Shown piece after piece: positions 9,065-18,206 of a stretch of DNA of 64,000 bases. A program made the translations under genes and the position numbers. This DNA is from an uncultured Muribaculaceae bacterium (GTDB lineage: Bacteria > Bacillota_I > Bacilli_A > RF39 > UBA660): contig CAZRJK010000001.1 of the NCBI GenBank assembly GCA_964600615.1, positions 28,121 to 92,120 on the forward strand. The letters are read 5' to 3'. Below the pieces are notes generated by a model. The model saw only the letters and a program-made list of their open reading frames with translations, was not told the origin of the DNA and ran no database searches. Positions within the stretch are counted from its first letter, which is position 1. Every line of letters begins with the position of its first letter.

Positions 9065-10582
9065 ATGATATTTAAAAGACCATATGGATTTCTAATTAAA
9101 CATTTTAAACTAATTCACTTATTTTTAACTGGATTATATATATACTTATTAGTAAAAGTAAGCAGTATTTTAAGATTTTATAATGGTTATATATTAGGAA
9201 CAGAAAATAGATTAAATGCTATAAAAATAACTACAAACTACTATTTAATTGCGATAATTTTATCAATCATAATATGTATTGTTATATATGCATTAATGCG
9301 TTACAAAAAGAAGCCAAAGTTGTTATATTTTATATTAATAATTCTTTACATATTAATATCCCTAATTATAAAAATGTCATATGATGGATTAAACCAAATC
9401 TATATTTATAATAATTTAGCAATAAAAACACAAAGATTATATCGCGATATACTAAGAATAACAACTATCTTTCAATACATAACAATAGCCTTTACCTTAA
9501 TAAGAGGATTAGGATTTGATATAAAAAAATTCAATTTTAAAGAAGACATAGCAGAATTGGATATAACTTTAAATGATGAAGAAGAAGTTGAATTAACCCT
9601 TGGATCAAACGAAGGTTTATTTAGAAAAATAAGAAAAAAAATAAGAGAATATACTTACTATTATAAAGAGAATAAATTAATAATTGTAGTAATAATCGCA
9701 GTAGTAGCAGTATTAGGATCAATAATTGGATTATTAAATGTAAAAGTAATAAATAAAGTTTATAATGAAAATGAAAAATTAAGTACAGATTCATTTGATT
9801 TAGTAGTAACTAATTCTTACATAACAGATAATAATTATAATAATATAAATGTAAGTGAAAGTGATAAAACCTTTGTAATAGTAAAAATGTATATAGCGCC
9901 ACATGAAAAAGGTAATACCCTAAATACAGGAAATATAATATTAAAAATTAACAACAATAAATATTCATTAGATCAAAAAAATGGCCATAATTTTAAAGAT
10001 TTAGGTACAGAATACATTTCACAAAAAATATTAGAACCAAAACAGTATATTTTTATATTTAATGTACCAAAAGCTAATCTTAATAAAAATATAGAAATAT
10101 CATATGCTGAAAAGAATAGAATAAAACTATCACCTAAAGATATTGATAAAACAGCCAAAGAGACAACTTTAAAACTAAATGAAACATTAAATTTAGAAGA
10201 AACATTATTAGGTAGTGGAGAATTTAAAGTAGAATCTATGGAGGTTAAAAATACATTTATCCATGATTTTAATTATGAAGTAAATAACAAAACATATACC
10301 AGTAAATTAACTATAAAAAGTAATTCTAATACTATCTTAAACCTAAAAATAAATGCTTCTTTGCCAAACAGAATAACAACTTATGAATTGTTAGAAAGAT
10401 ATGGAAAAATAAAATATAAAATTAATAATGAAGAACAAAAAAGCAATTTAATGAATAATAAAACACCTGGAAATTATAATGAAGGATTATTTTTAGAAGT
10501 GGATAAGAATCTTGAAAATGCTACAAATATATGGATAGAATTAAATATAAGAAATAAAAAATATATTTACACTCTAAAATAA
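9065..10582 (+). CDS. Hypothetical membrane protein (N-terminal helices, large C-terminal extracytoplasmic beta-rich domain)
   Basis: 4-5 hydrophobic helices in the first 220 aa; the C-terminal half is N/K/T-rich with no recognised catalytic motif. Confidence 0.4.
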   Translation: MIFKRPYGFLIKHFKLIHLFLTGLYIYLLVKVSSILRFYNGYILGTENRLNAIKITTNYYLIAIILSIIICIVIYALMRYKKKPKLLYFILIILYILISLIIKMSYDGLNQIYIYNNLAIKTQRLYRDILRITTIFQYITIAFTLIRGLGFDIKKFNFKEDIAELDITLNDEEEVELTLGSNEGLFRKIRKKIREYTYYYKENKLIIVVIIAVVAVLGSIIGLLNVKVINKVYNENEKLSTDSFDLVVTNSYITDNNYNNINVSESDKTFVIVKMYIAPHEKGNTLNTGNIILKINNNKYSLDQKNGHNFKDLGTEYISQKILEPKQYIFIFNVPKANLNKNIEISYAEKNRIKLSPKDIDKTAKETTLKLNETLNLEETLLGSGEFKVESMEVKNTFIHDFNYEVNNKTYTSKLTIKSNSNTILNLKINASLPNRITTYELLERYGKIKYKINNEEQKSNLMNNKTPGNYNEGLFLEVDKNLENATNIWIELNIRNKKYIYTLK

Positions 10583-10632
10583 TAACTTGTTATATAACAT
10601 AAATTATAGTATAATGAAAAAGAGGTGGAAAT

Positions 10633-10947
10633 ATGCAACCTATATATTACATAATTATTTTTTCAGTTTTATTAATAATAGCCTTAGCAATAGTAAGAGG
10701 AAATAAAAAAGATTTTAAATTAGAAATAAATAAACTAGTAGAACTATTAGGAGGAAAAGACAATATAGTAGAAACAGAAGTAGAAATGTCTAGATTTAAA
10801 GTAACCCTAAAAGATATTAGTCTTGCTAATAAAGAAGGAATAATGAAATTAGGAGCCAAAGGAGTAGTTGAAATAGATGACCAACTAAAAATAATCTTTG
10901 GTAAAGATGCTAAAAAACTAAAAAGATATATAGATGAATTAAAATAG
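10633..10947 (+). CDS. Membrane-anchored PTS EIIB-like (glucose-family) domain protein with the phospho-Cys replaced by Glu
   Basis: N-terminal transmembrane helix, then N-I-x5-E-x-S-R-F-x-V-x-L-x-D, which fits the EIIB signature N[LIVMF]x5CxTR[LIVMF]x[LIVMF]x[LIVM]x[DQ] except Cys to Glu. Confidence 0.45.
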   Translation: MQPIYYIIIFSVLLIIALAIVRGNKKDFKLEINKLVELLGGKDNIVETEVEMSRFKVTLKDISLANKEGIMKLGAKGVVEIDDQLKIIFGKDAKKLKRYIDELK

Positions 10948-10970
10948 AAGTAAAAAACTTCTATTTTTTT
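10946..10970 (+). terminator. Rho-independent terminator
   Basis: agaagt aaaaa acttct hairpin plus a T7 run. Confidence 0.6.
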
Positions 10971-10973
10971 ATT

Positions 10974-11006
10974 CGACATTTTTTATAAATACGACACTAT
11001 TCGACA
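10974..11006. promoter_or_regulatory. Three CGACA (TTCGACA / TACGACA) direct repeats upstream of the orphan histidine kinase
   Basis: CGACA at 10974, 10992 and 11002 in an otherwise AT-only intergenic region. Confidence 0.3.
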
Positions 11007-11055
11007 AAATAAATTAGTTATTAAAGATATAATAATACTAGAAAAGAGTGAAATT

Positions 11056-12288
11056 ATGAATATAATAAAAGAAAATATATTAAATATAATATTAGTATTA
11101 TTTCCAATTCTCATATACTTTATCTATAATTGTTATAGAGAACTAAAATCAGATAAGTATAATAATATATTATTTAATCTATCACTATTTATATCTTTAT
11201 ATTTATGCATAAAACATACTTATTCAAATAATTTTATTAACATATTATTATTTATAAACATTCCCATCCTAATAGCATATCTAAAAAAAGAAAATAAAGT
11301 AGCAATAACCCTATCCCTAATATCAATAATGTATATTAAGTATTATTTAAATAAAAACATAATAATTTTCCTAATTCAATATCTATCATATTATTTAATT
11401 TATATAATAAGTAATAAAAAACAATTAAAAGACAAAAAATATATAACTATAATATCAATATTACAAGGTTTCTTCATGTCAATAGAAACAGTTATATATT
11501 ATAAAACATCTATTATAACAATAATAGAAATACTAATCCTAATCTTTCTCTTTTATTTGATCCCATTTATCTTACTATATTTATTTAAATTAGCAGATAA
11601 CATATCATCTTTATATCTAACAGAAAAAGAATTTAAAAAAGAAAAACAACTAAGAAATTCATTGTTTCAAATAACTCATGAAGTAAAAAATCCTATAGCA
11701 GTATGTAAGGGATATTTAGAAATGATAGATATAAATAATAAAGATAAATTAAAAAAATATATTCCTATAATAAAACATGAAATAGATAGGAGTCTAAATA
11801 TAATGGGTGATTTCATGGAATTTAGTAAAATAAAAATAGAAAAAGACATAATAGATATAAATATCTTATTAGAAGAAATAACTGAAGAATTAAAAATAAT
11901 ATCTAAAAGTAAAAATATTAAGATAAATATTAAAATAACACAAGACGAAACATACATCTATGGAGATTATGAAAGATTAAAACAAGTCTTTGTAAATCTA
12001 ATAAAAAACAGCATTGAATCTATAACCAAACAAGGGAATATTAATATAATTACCCATATTTTAAAAAATAATTACTATATAGAAATAACTGACAATGGTT
12101 GTGGAATGGATGAATATACCCTAAAAAAAATAAAAGAAATGTTCTTTACCACTAAAATAGGAGGAACAGGATTAGGAGTAAGTCTATCAAACGAAATAAT
12201 AAAAGCTCATAATGGATCTATTGATTATTTATCTCAAAAAGGTAAAGGAACAAAAGTAATTGTAAAATTACCAATAAATATGATATAA
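11056..12288 (+). CDS. Sensor histidine kinase (multi-transmembrane sensor, HisKA + HATPase_c), no adjacent response regulator
   Basis: H-box HEVKNPIAVCKGYLEM, N-box NLIKNSIES, G-boxes DNGCGMD and GGTGLGVS; about 6 transmembrane helices. Confidence 0.8.
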   Translation: MNIIKENILNIILVLFPILIYFIYNCYRELKSDKYNNILFNLSLFISLYLCIKHTYSNNFINILLFINIPILIAYLKKENKVAITLSLISIMYIKYYLNKNIIIFLIQYLSYYLIYIISNKKQLKDKKYITIISILQGFFMSIETVIYYKTSIITIIEILILIFLFYLIPFILLYLFKLADNISSLYLTEKEFKKEKQLRNSLFQITHEVKNPIAVCKGYLEMIDINNKDKLKKYIPIIKHEIDRSLNIMGDFMEFSKIKIEKDIIDINILLEEITEELKIISKSKNIKINIKITQDETYIYGDYERLKQVFVNLIKNSIESITKQGNINIITHILKNNYYIEITDNGCGMDEYTLKKIKEMFFTTKIGGTGLGVSLSNEIIKAHNGSIDYLSQKGKGTKVIVKLPINMI

Positions 12289-12304
12289 TTACACCGGTGA
12301 TATA

Positions 12305-12574
12305 ATGAAGTTATATAATATATTTTTAGATAGATTACCCAATATTGACTTACATGGCTATGATAGAGAAACAGCCAGAGTAAAAACCAATGACTTCGTT
12401 GAAGAATCAATTCAATTGGGACATAACAAAATAGTCATAATTCATGGTATTGGCACAGGAATAGTAAAAAAAACAGTCCATGAAACATTATCAAAAAATA
12501 AGAACGTAGAAAATTATAAATTAGATAATTTCAATAATGGATGTACAATAATAACGCTAAAAGACGATAGTTAA
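12305..12574 (+). CDS. Smr-domain protein
   Basis: DLHGY ... IIHGIGTG pattern typical of small MutS-related domains. Confidence 0.5.
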   Translation: MKLYNIFLDRLPNIDLHGYDRETARVKTNDFVEESIQLGHNKIVIIHGIGTGIVKKTVHETLSKNKNVENYKLDNFNNGCTIITLKDDS

Positions 12575-12596
12575 TAGCATTTTTATAAAAAAACTA

Positions 12597-12625
12597 TTGA
12601 TAAAAAAGAAAAAATGTGATAATAT
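12597..12625 (+). promoter_or_regulatory. Sigma-A type promoter for the tRNA pair
   Basis: TTGATA -35, 17-nt spacer with TG, TAATAT -10, about 10 nt before the tRNA 5' end. Confidence 0.5.
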
Positions 12626-12635
12626 TAATTCACAT

Positions 12636-12712
12636 GGACCCTTAGCTCAGTTGGTTAGAGCATCCGGCTCATAACCGGGCGGTCATAGGTTCGAGTCCTA
12701 TAGGGTCCACCA
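12636..12712 (+). tRNA. tRNA with CAU anticodon (Met or lysidine-modified Ile2)
   Basis: Cloverleaf by eye, GGACCC/GGGTCC acceptor stem, anticodon loop CTCATAA, encoded CCA end; resembles Bacillus tRNA-Ile2. Confidence 0.85.
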
Positions 12713-12721
12713 TTTTTATTT

Positions 12722-12805
12722 GCGAGTGTGGCGAAATTGGCAGACGCGCTAGACTTAGGATCTAGTGGTTTATCCGTGGGGGTTCAAGTCCCTTCACTCG
12801 CACCA
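12722..12805 (+). tRNA. tRNA-Leu (UAG)
   Basis: Anticodon loop CTTAGGA, long variable arm, GCGAGTG/CACTCGC acceptor stem, encoded CCA. Confidence 0.85.
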
Positions 12806-12818
12806 CTAAAGTTATATA

Positions 12819-12845
12819 CGAACACTATTAGTGCTCGTTTTTCTT
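12819..12845 (+). terminator. Terminator after the tRNA pair
   Basis: cgaacac / gtgctcg stem (one mismatch) plus T-run. Confidence 0.45.
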
Positions 12846-12877
12846 TTAAAAAAATTAAACAACTAAAAATATAATAT

Positions 12878-12888
12878 TATGATATAAT
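12878..12888 (+). promoter_or_regulatory. Extended -10 promoter TATGATATAAT
   Basis: Matches TGnTATAAT; about 24 nt upstream of the ATG at 12912. Confidence 0.5.
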
Positions 12889-12911
12889 ATCATACGAAGG
12901 GAGTTTTAAAG

Positions 12912-13493
12912 ATGAATAAAGAAATCAAATATCCAATTAAATATGCAATATTAGAACTTAAAGAAAGAGGAGGGTACTTAGTTGGATATGAAGATATAAC
13001 CCAAGGTTTCATAGTCTCAAAATGCTATGTTCTAGAAAGTAGTATAATATATAATTCAGATGGAAGCAATAAAGAAATTTACAAAGTAGTATTTCCATTT
13101 TCAAATATAGAAGAATTTAAAAATTCACTTAGAAATGGTAAACCAAACATTGGAAATGCTAAAATTCCTAGATATGATGTATCCGGTGAAATATATTCAA
13201 CTAATATAGTTACAGAATTATTTGATTCCTACGAATTAGCAAAGATAAATGCCACAGAAAAAAATGAAGAATATAGATGTAATCTAATGTTAAAAAAACC
13301 AGTTATCGTAATGCACACAAAATTATCAAATGCAAATTGGGAAAAGCAACATGAAAAATTAAAACAAGAATTTGAAAATGGATTAAAAATATGTAATATA
13401 TTTGAACAACTAGTATTGAAGGCAACTGAAGATATGGACATAAGTGTAGAAATAACAAAAAACAAAACCAAAAAATTATATGAAATAAAGTAA
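12912..13493 (+). CDS. Hypothetical protein
   Basis: 193-aa ORF with RBS GAAGGGAG; no recognised motif. Confidence 0.4.
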   Translation: MNKEIKYPIKYAILELKERGGYLVGYEDITQGFIVSKCYVLESSIIYNSDGSNKEIYKVVFPFSNIEEFKNSLRNGKPNIGNAKIPRYDVSGEIYSTNIVTELFDSYELAKINATEKNEEYRCNLMLKKPVIVMHTKLSNANWEKQHEKLKQEFENGLKICNIFEQLVLKATEDMDISVEITKNKTKKLYEIK

Positions 13494-13540
13494 GAATTTC
13501 GCTATTACACTACATGAGTAAAAAACACCATTTGGTGTTT

Positions 13541-13990
13541 TTATTTTTCTCTAATTAAATTTTTATTACTTTTCTCTTCCAATTCAACCATATTAAGTAT
13601 AGATTCAGTTGCTTCTTCTTCAGATAAATCACTAAGATAAAAATAATCATAATTATTAAAAATATAATTTAAAATAGGATAAAAATGCTCATTAAAGCAA
13701 TTCTTAGATAAAGAAGATAAATTAATTATTTTAGAATCCTTAAAAGAACTATTATTAAGCCCAACATTAACATGGATATATTCCGTTTTCCCACAAGCAG
13801 GACAAAAATATTGTGAAATCTTACCTATAGTAGGTGAAACAGTATTATCAAAAACTAAAACTAATTTATGTGAACATTGCTTTTGAAGATTAATTAAATT
13901 ATTATTAAGCTTATTAATTTGTTCATTTAAAAATTGTTTTTTATGCATAATTTGTATCCTTTTATAATATATTTCATTTTGATTTTTCAT
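13541..13990 (-). CDS. Hypothetical protein with a CxxC pair
   Basis: GGAGGA RBS before the internal ATG (MKNQNEIYY); CPACGKTE motif. Confidence 0.4.
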   Translation of the reverse strand: MKNQNEIYYKRIQIMHKKQFLNEQINKLNNNLINLQKQCSHKLVLVFDNTVSPTIGKISQYFCPACGKTEYIHVNVGLNNSSFKDSKIINLSSLSKNCFNEHFYPILNYIFNNYDYFYLSDLSEEEATESILNMVELEEKSNKNLIREK

Positions 13991-14073
13991 ATAAATTCCT
14001 CCAATACCCGTACAATTATAGCAAAAACTAATATAAAAGTAAAATTTAAACATAAAATAATATAGGTGGTAAT

Positions 14074-14310
14074 ATGAATATATTTAATAAATTAGATAGA
14101 TATATAACAGATAAATCCTATAGAATAATAATAAAAAACAATAGTATAAATATCATAAATTATATAGAAATAAAAGATTTTTCTAATACTAAAATAATAA
14201 TAACTAATGAATTGGGAACAACAATAGTTAAAGGAGATAATTTAGTAGTATCTAGAATGCAAGATAATGAAGCATTAATAACAGGTAAAATAAAAGAAAT
14301 AGAGTTATAA
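14074..14310 (+). CDS. yqfC: YqfC/YabP-family sporulation protein
   Basis: 78 aa, pattern I.G....I.G..L.V and GKI.EIEL; directly upstream of a YqfD-like gene. Confidence 0.55.
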   Translation: MNIFNKLDRYITDKSYRIIIKNNSINIINYIEIKDFSNTKIIITNELGTTIVKGDNLVVSRMQDNEALITGKIKEIEL

Positions 14311-14347
14311 CAAAACTAATAAATCATAATATTTTATAGGTGATACT

Positions 14348-15532
14348 ATGAAAAATAGATACCTAGAAAACTATAGTAATACAGTAAAAATAAAAGTAGA
14401 AGGAAAAAACATCAATAATTATATAAAAAGATTAATAAAAAATAAAATAAATATAATCAAACTAATACCTATATCCTATAAAGAGGTTCATATCATCATA
14501 AAATATAATGATTATAAAAAACTAATTAAATATAATACTATTTATAAAACATCCATAATAAATACCTATGGCAAAATAAAAATAAAAGAACTATTAAAAA
14601 AGAATTCAATACTAATAATAAACATGTTAATAGGACTAGTATTAATAATTTTCTTATCTAATATAATATTCTCTATCGATATTATCCATGAGGATAAAGA
14701 AATAAGAGAATTATTAAAAGAAGAATTAAATAAAAATGGTATTAAGAAATATACTTTTAAAAAGAATTATCAAACCATAGAACAAATAGAAAATAAGATA
14801 TTAAATGATAATAAAGATAAATTAGAATGGATAGAAATAAAAGAAAGTGGTGCCAAATATATAATAAGAGTAGAAGAAAGAAAAACAAATGATAAAAAAG
14901 AAAAATACGAATATCAAAATATTATCTCAAAAAAAGAAGCTATTATTACAAAAATAAATGCCCAATCAGGAGAAAAAATAAAACAAATAAATGATTATGT
15001 AAAAAAAGGAGATATCATTATATCAGGATATATTACCTTACCAGATAACAGCAAAATACCTACTATGGCTAAAGGAGAAGTATATGGAGAAGTATGGTAT
15101 AAAGTATCTATTGATTATCCCTATATTTACCAAGAAGAGAATTTAACAGGAAAAAATAAAACTATTTACGTTATTAATTTCTTTAATAAAAGAATATCTT
15201 TATTTAATTTTAAAAAATATAAAAGTTTTAAATACAAAGATAAAACATTACTATCTAATAATTTTAATACCATAAATCTAATAAAAGAAAAACAATATGA
15301 ATTAAACGTATTAGACGAAGTATATCCAGAAGATATAGCAATCAATAAAGCTAAAGATTATATTGAAAGGAAACTAAAGAAAGATAATAATATAAAAGAA
15401 ATAAAAAAAATAATAATTATCTCAAAAGAAGAAAAAGAAACAACTATTGATTTAAAACTATTCGTAAGTGCAATTGAAAACATTGGAGAAACATCTAAAA
15501 TAGATATAAACAATCTAGAAACTCAAGATTAA
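14348..15532 (+). CDS. yqfD: YqfD-like stage IV sporulation protein
   Basis: 394 aa, single transmembrane helix near residue 100, gene order yqfC-yqfD as in Bacillus/Clostridium. Confidence 0.5.
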   Translation: MKNRYLENYSNTVKIKVEGKNINNYIKRLIKNKINIIKLIPISYKEVHIIIKYNDYKKLIKYNTIYKTSIINTYGKIKIKELLKKNSILIINMLIGLVLIIFLSNIIFSIDIIHEDKEIRELLKEELNKNGIKKYTFKKNYQTIEQIENKILNDNKDKLEWIEIKESGAKYIIRVEERKTNDKKEKYEYQNIISKKEAIITKINAQSGEKIKQINDYVKKGDIIISGYITLPDNSKIPTMAKGEVYGEVWYKVSIDYPYIYQEENLTGKNKTIYVINFFNKRISLFNFKKYKSFKYKDKTLLSNNFNTINLIKEKQYELNVLDEVYPEDIAINKAKDYIERKLKKDNNIKEIKKIIIISKEEKETTIDLKLFVSAIENIGETSKIDINNLETQD

Positions 15533-15583
15533 CAACCTTGTTTTCTAGATTTTTTTGTGTTAAACTAAAAAAAGGTGATATAT

Positions 15584-18130
15584 ATGGAAGACATAATAAA
15601 GAAAATATATGACTATTCACTAGAAGAAATAATTGGAGAAAGATTTGGAAAATATTCTAAATATATTATCCAAGATAGAGCAATCCCTGACGTAAGAGAT
15701 GGTCTAAAACCAGTACAAAGAAGAATACTATTCTCTATGTACAAAGAAAAAAATACCTATGATAAACCATATAAAAAGAGTGCTCGTGCCGTAGGAGACG
15801 TTATGGGTAAATATCACCCACATGGAGACTCATCAATCTATGAAGCAATTGTAAGACTTAGTCAAGATTGGAAAATGAGAGAACCACTTATTGATATGCA
15901 AGGTAATAATGGTTCTATAGATGGTGATGGTCCAGCTGCCTCTCGTTATACCGAAGCAAGATTATCCAAAATAGCTGGAGCAATGCTACAAGATATTGAT
16001 AAAAACACTGTAGCTATGGCTCCTAACTATGATGATACACTATTAGAACCAACCGTCTTACCAGCTAAATTTCCTAATTTATTAGTAAATGGAACAACAG
16101 GAATATCAGCAGGATATGCCACTAATATTCCACCACATAATCTAGAAGAAGTAATAAATGCTACTATTTATAGAATAGATAATCCTAATAGTAGATTAGA
16201 CACTATTATGAATTATATTAAAGGACCAGATTTTCCTACCGGAGCCATAATTGAAGGAATAGATGGTATCAAAAGTGCTTATGAAACTGGAAAAGGGAAA
16301 ATAATAATAAAATCTAAAACAAAAATAGAAAAAAATAAAATAATAATAACAGAAATCCCTTATGAAGTTAACAAAGCCTTATTAATTAGAAAAATAGATG
16401 AATTAAGAATAGATAAAAAAATAGAAGGAATATCTGAAGTAAGAGATGAATCTGATAAAGATGGCTTACAAATATCTATTGATTTAAAGAAAGATGCTAA
16501 CGCTGAAAACATCTTAAATTATTTATATAAAAATACTGAATTACAAATATCATATAATTTTAACAATGTTGTAATAGTAAAAAGAAGACCGGTATTAGCA
16601 GGATTACTATTAATATTAGATGCTTATATTGAACATCAAAGAGATGTAATCAAAAAAAGAAGTGAATTTGATTTAGCCCATGCCAAAGCTAGATATCATA
16701 TTGTAGAAGGATTAATAAAAGCAATATCAGTACTAGATGAAGTAATAAAAACCATAAGAGAAAGTAAAGATAGATCAGATTCTATTGCAAATTTAATAAA
16801 GAAATTTGAATTTACCGAAGAACAAGCTACAGCAATAGTAGATATGCGTTTATATAGATTATCTAATACAGATATCTTATTACTAGAAGAAGAACAACAA
16901 AAACTAATAAAAATAATTGAAACACTAGAACAAATACTAAAGGATCCAGATAAATTAGATTCTGTAATAAAAGAAGAATTAAGAAGAATAAAGAAAGAAT
17001 ATGCAACACCTAGAAAATCAGAAATAAGAGAAGAAATAACTGAAATAAAAATTGATACTACCGCTATGATACCTAAAGAAGATGTAATAGTAGTAGTAAC
17101 TAAAGAAGGTTATATTAAAAGAACTTCTCAAAGAAGCTTTGCTGCTTCTAATATAGAAGATTTAACCCTAAAAGAAAATGATTATGTAATAGGTACTTAT
17201 AACATGAATACCCTAGATACATTACTAATATTTACTAATTTAGGAAATTACTTATATATCCCTGTTCATGAAATACCAGATTTAAAATGGAAAGATTTAG
17301 GAAAACATATGAGTAATGTCATAACCGTAGATGAAGGAGAATTAGTCATAAACGCTATGCCGGTATACGATTGGGATGCTAATCTATATATAACATCTTT
17401 CTCTAAACTAGGAATGGTAAAAAGAACTAAATTAAAAGAATTTATCGTTCAAAGATATTCTAAAGCTATCAATATGATGAATCTTAAAGAAAATGACGAA
17501 GTAATAGATGTAAGCTATAGCATTGGAACAAACGTTTTAGCAGTAACCAAAAAAGGTTATGGATTATGGTATAACATCAATGAAGTAAATCCAGTAGGCT
17601 TAAAAGCAGCTGGTGTAAAATCTATTAACCTAAGAGATGATGAAGTAGTAAGTAGTATCTTGTTTAATAAAGATGAAAGTGAATTTATAACTATCATAAC
17701 TGATAAAGGAACAGCTAAAAGAATGAGATTTACTGAAATAGACACGGGAAGTAGAGCAAATCGCGGACTAATGTTCATGAAAGAAATAAAATCTAATCCA
17801 AGTAGAATAGTTAAAGCTTATGTAACAAATAGTAAAAATTCTATTATCGTAGTTTCTGATAATTATACTAAAGAAATTAAACTAACAGAAATACCTATTA
17901 TGGATAGATATAGTAATGGTTCTTATATTATAAAAGATAAAATAAATAATAGCTATTTAAATACAGAAATGCTATCAAAAGATGATTTTGATAACAAAGA
18001 ATATATCGCAGATAAATTACCAGAACAAACAGCTTTAAGCTTTGATATGTTAAATAAAGAATCACTAAAACAAGTAGACGATAAAATGATAACAATAAAT
18101 AACTTTTTAGATGATATAGAAGGAAAATAA
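15584..18130 (+). CDS. parC: Type II topoisomerase A subunit (ParC/GyrA family; likely topoisomerase IV subunit A)
   Basis: AIPDVRDGLKPVQRRILFSMY, YHPHGDSSIYEAIVRLSQDW, active-site AASRYTEARL; no B subunit adjacent. Confidence 0.8.
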   Translation: MEDIIKKIYDYSLEEIIGERFGKYSKYIIQDRAIPDVRDGLKPVQRRILFSMYKEKNTYDKPYKKSARAVGDVMGKYHPHGDSSIYEAIVRLSQDWKMREPLIDMQGNNGSIDGDGPAASRYTEARLSKIAGAMLQDIDKNTVAMAPNYDDTLLEPTVLPAKFPNLLVNGTTGISAGYATNIPPHNLEEVINATIYRIDNPNSRLDTIMNYIKGPDFPTGAIIEGIDGIKSAYETGKGKIIIKSKTKIEKNKIIITEIPYEVNKALLIRKIDELRIDKKIEGISEVRDESDKDGLQISIDLKKDANAENILNYLYKNTELQISYNFNNVVIVKRRPVLAGLLLILDAYIEHQRDVIKKRSEFDLAHAKARYHIVEGLIKAISVLDEVIKTIRESKDRSDSIANLIKKFEFTEEQATAIVDMRLYRLSNTDILLLEEEQQKLIKIIETLEQILKDPDKLDSVIKEELRRIKKEYATPRKSEIREEITEIKIDTTAMIPKEDVIVVVTKEGYIKRTSQRSFAASNIEDLTLKENDYVIGTYNMNTLDTLLIFTNLGNYLYIPVHEIPDLKWKDLGKHMSNVITVDEGELVINAMPVYDWDANLYITSFSKLGMVKRTKLKEFIVQRYSKAINMMNLKENDEVIDVSYSIGTNVLAVTKKGYGLWYNINEVNPVGLKAAGVKSINLRDDEVVSSILFNKDESEFITIITDKGTAKRMRFTEIDTGSRANRGLMFMKEIKSNPSRIVKAYVTNSKNSIIVVSDNYTKEIKLTEIPIMDRYSNGSYIIKDKINNSYLNTEMLSKDDFDNKEYIADKLPEQTALSFDMLNKESLKQVDDKMITINNFLDDIEGK

Positions 18131-18145
18131 TCCTTCTTTTTTCTT
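18119..18145 (+). terminator. Rho-independent terminator
   Basis: gaagga / tccttc stem plus T-run overlapping the stop codon. Confidence 0.5.
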
Positions 18146-18170
18146 TTATATATTTTAAATAAAATAAAAT

Positions 18171-18181
18171 TATGATATAAT
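18171..18181 (+). promoter_or_regulatory. Extended -10 promoter TATGATATAAT
   Basis: Identical 11-mer as at 12878; 26 nt before the ATG at 18207. Confidence 0.5.
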
Positions 18182-18206
18182 CAAAACATAATAAGGCAGT
18201 GATAAA

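Noticed and set aside
9973-10158. Small antisense ORFs listed in the track (9973-10158, 11676-11957, 13229-13471, 19190-19633, 20731-21078, 34532-34930 and similar)
   Set aside because: All lie within larger, better-supported genes on the opposite strand.
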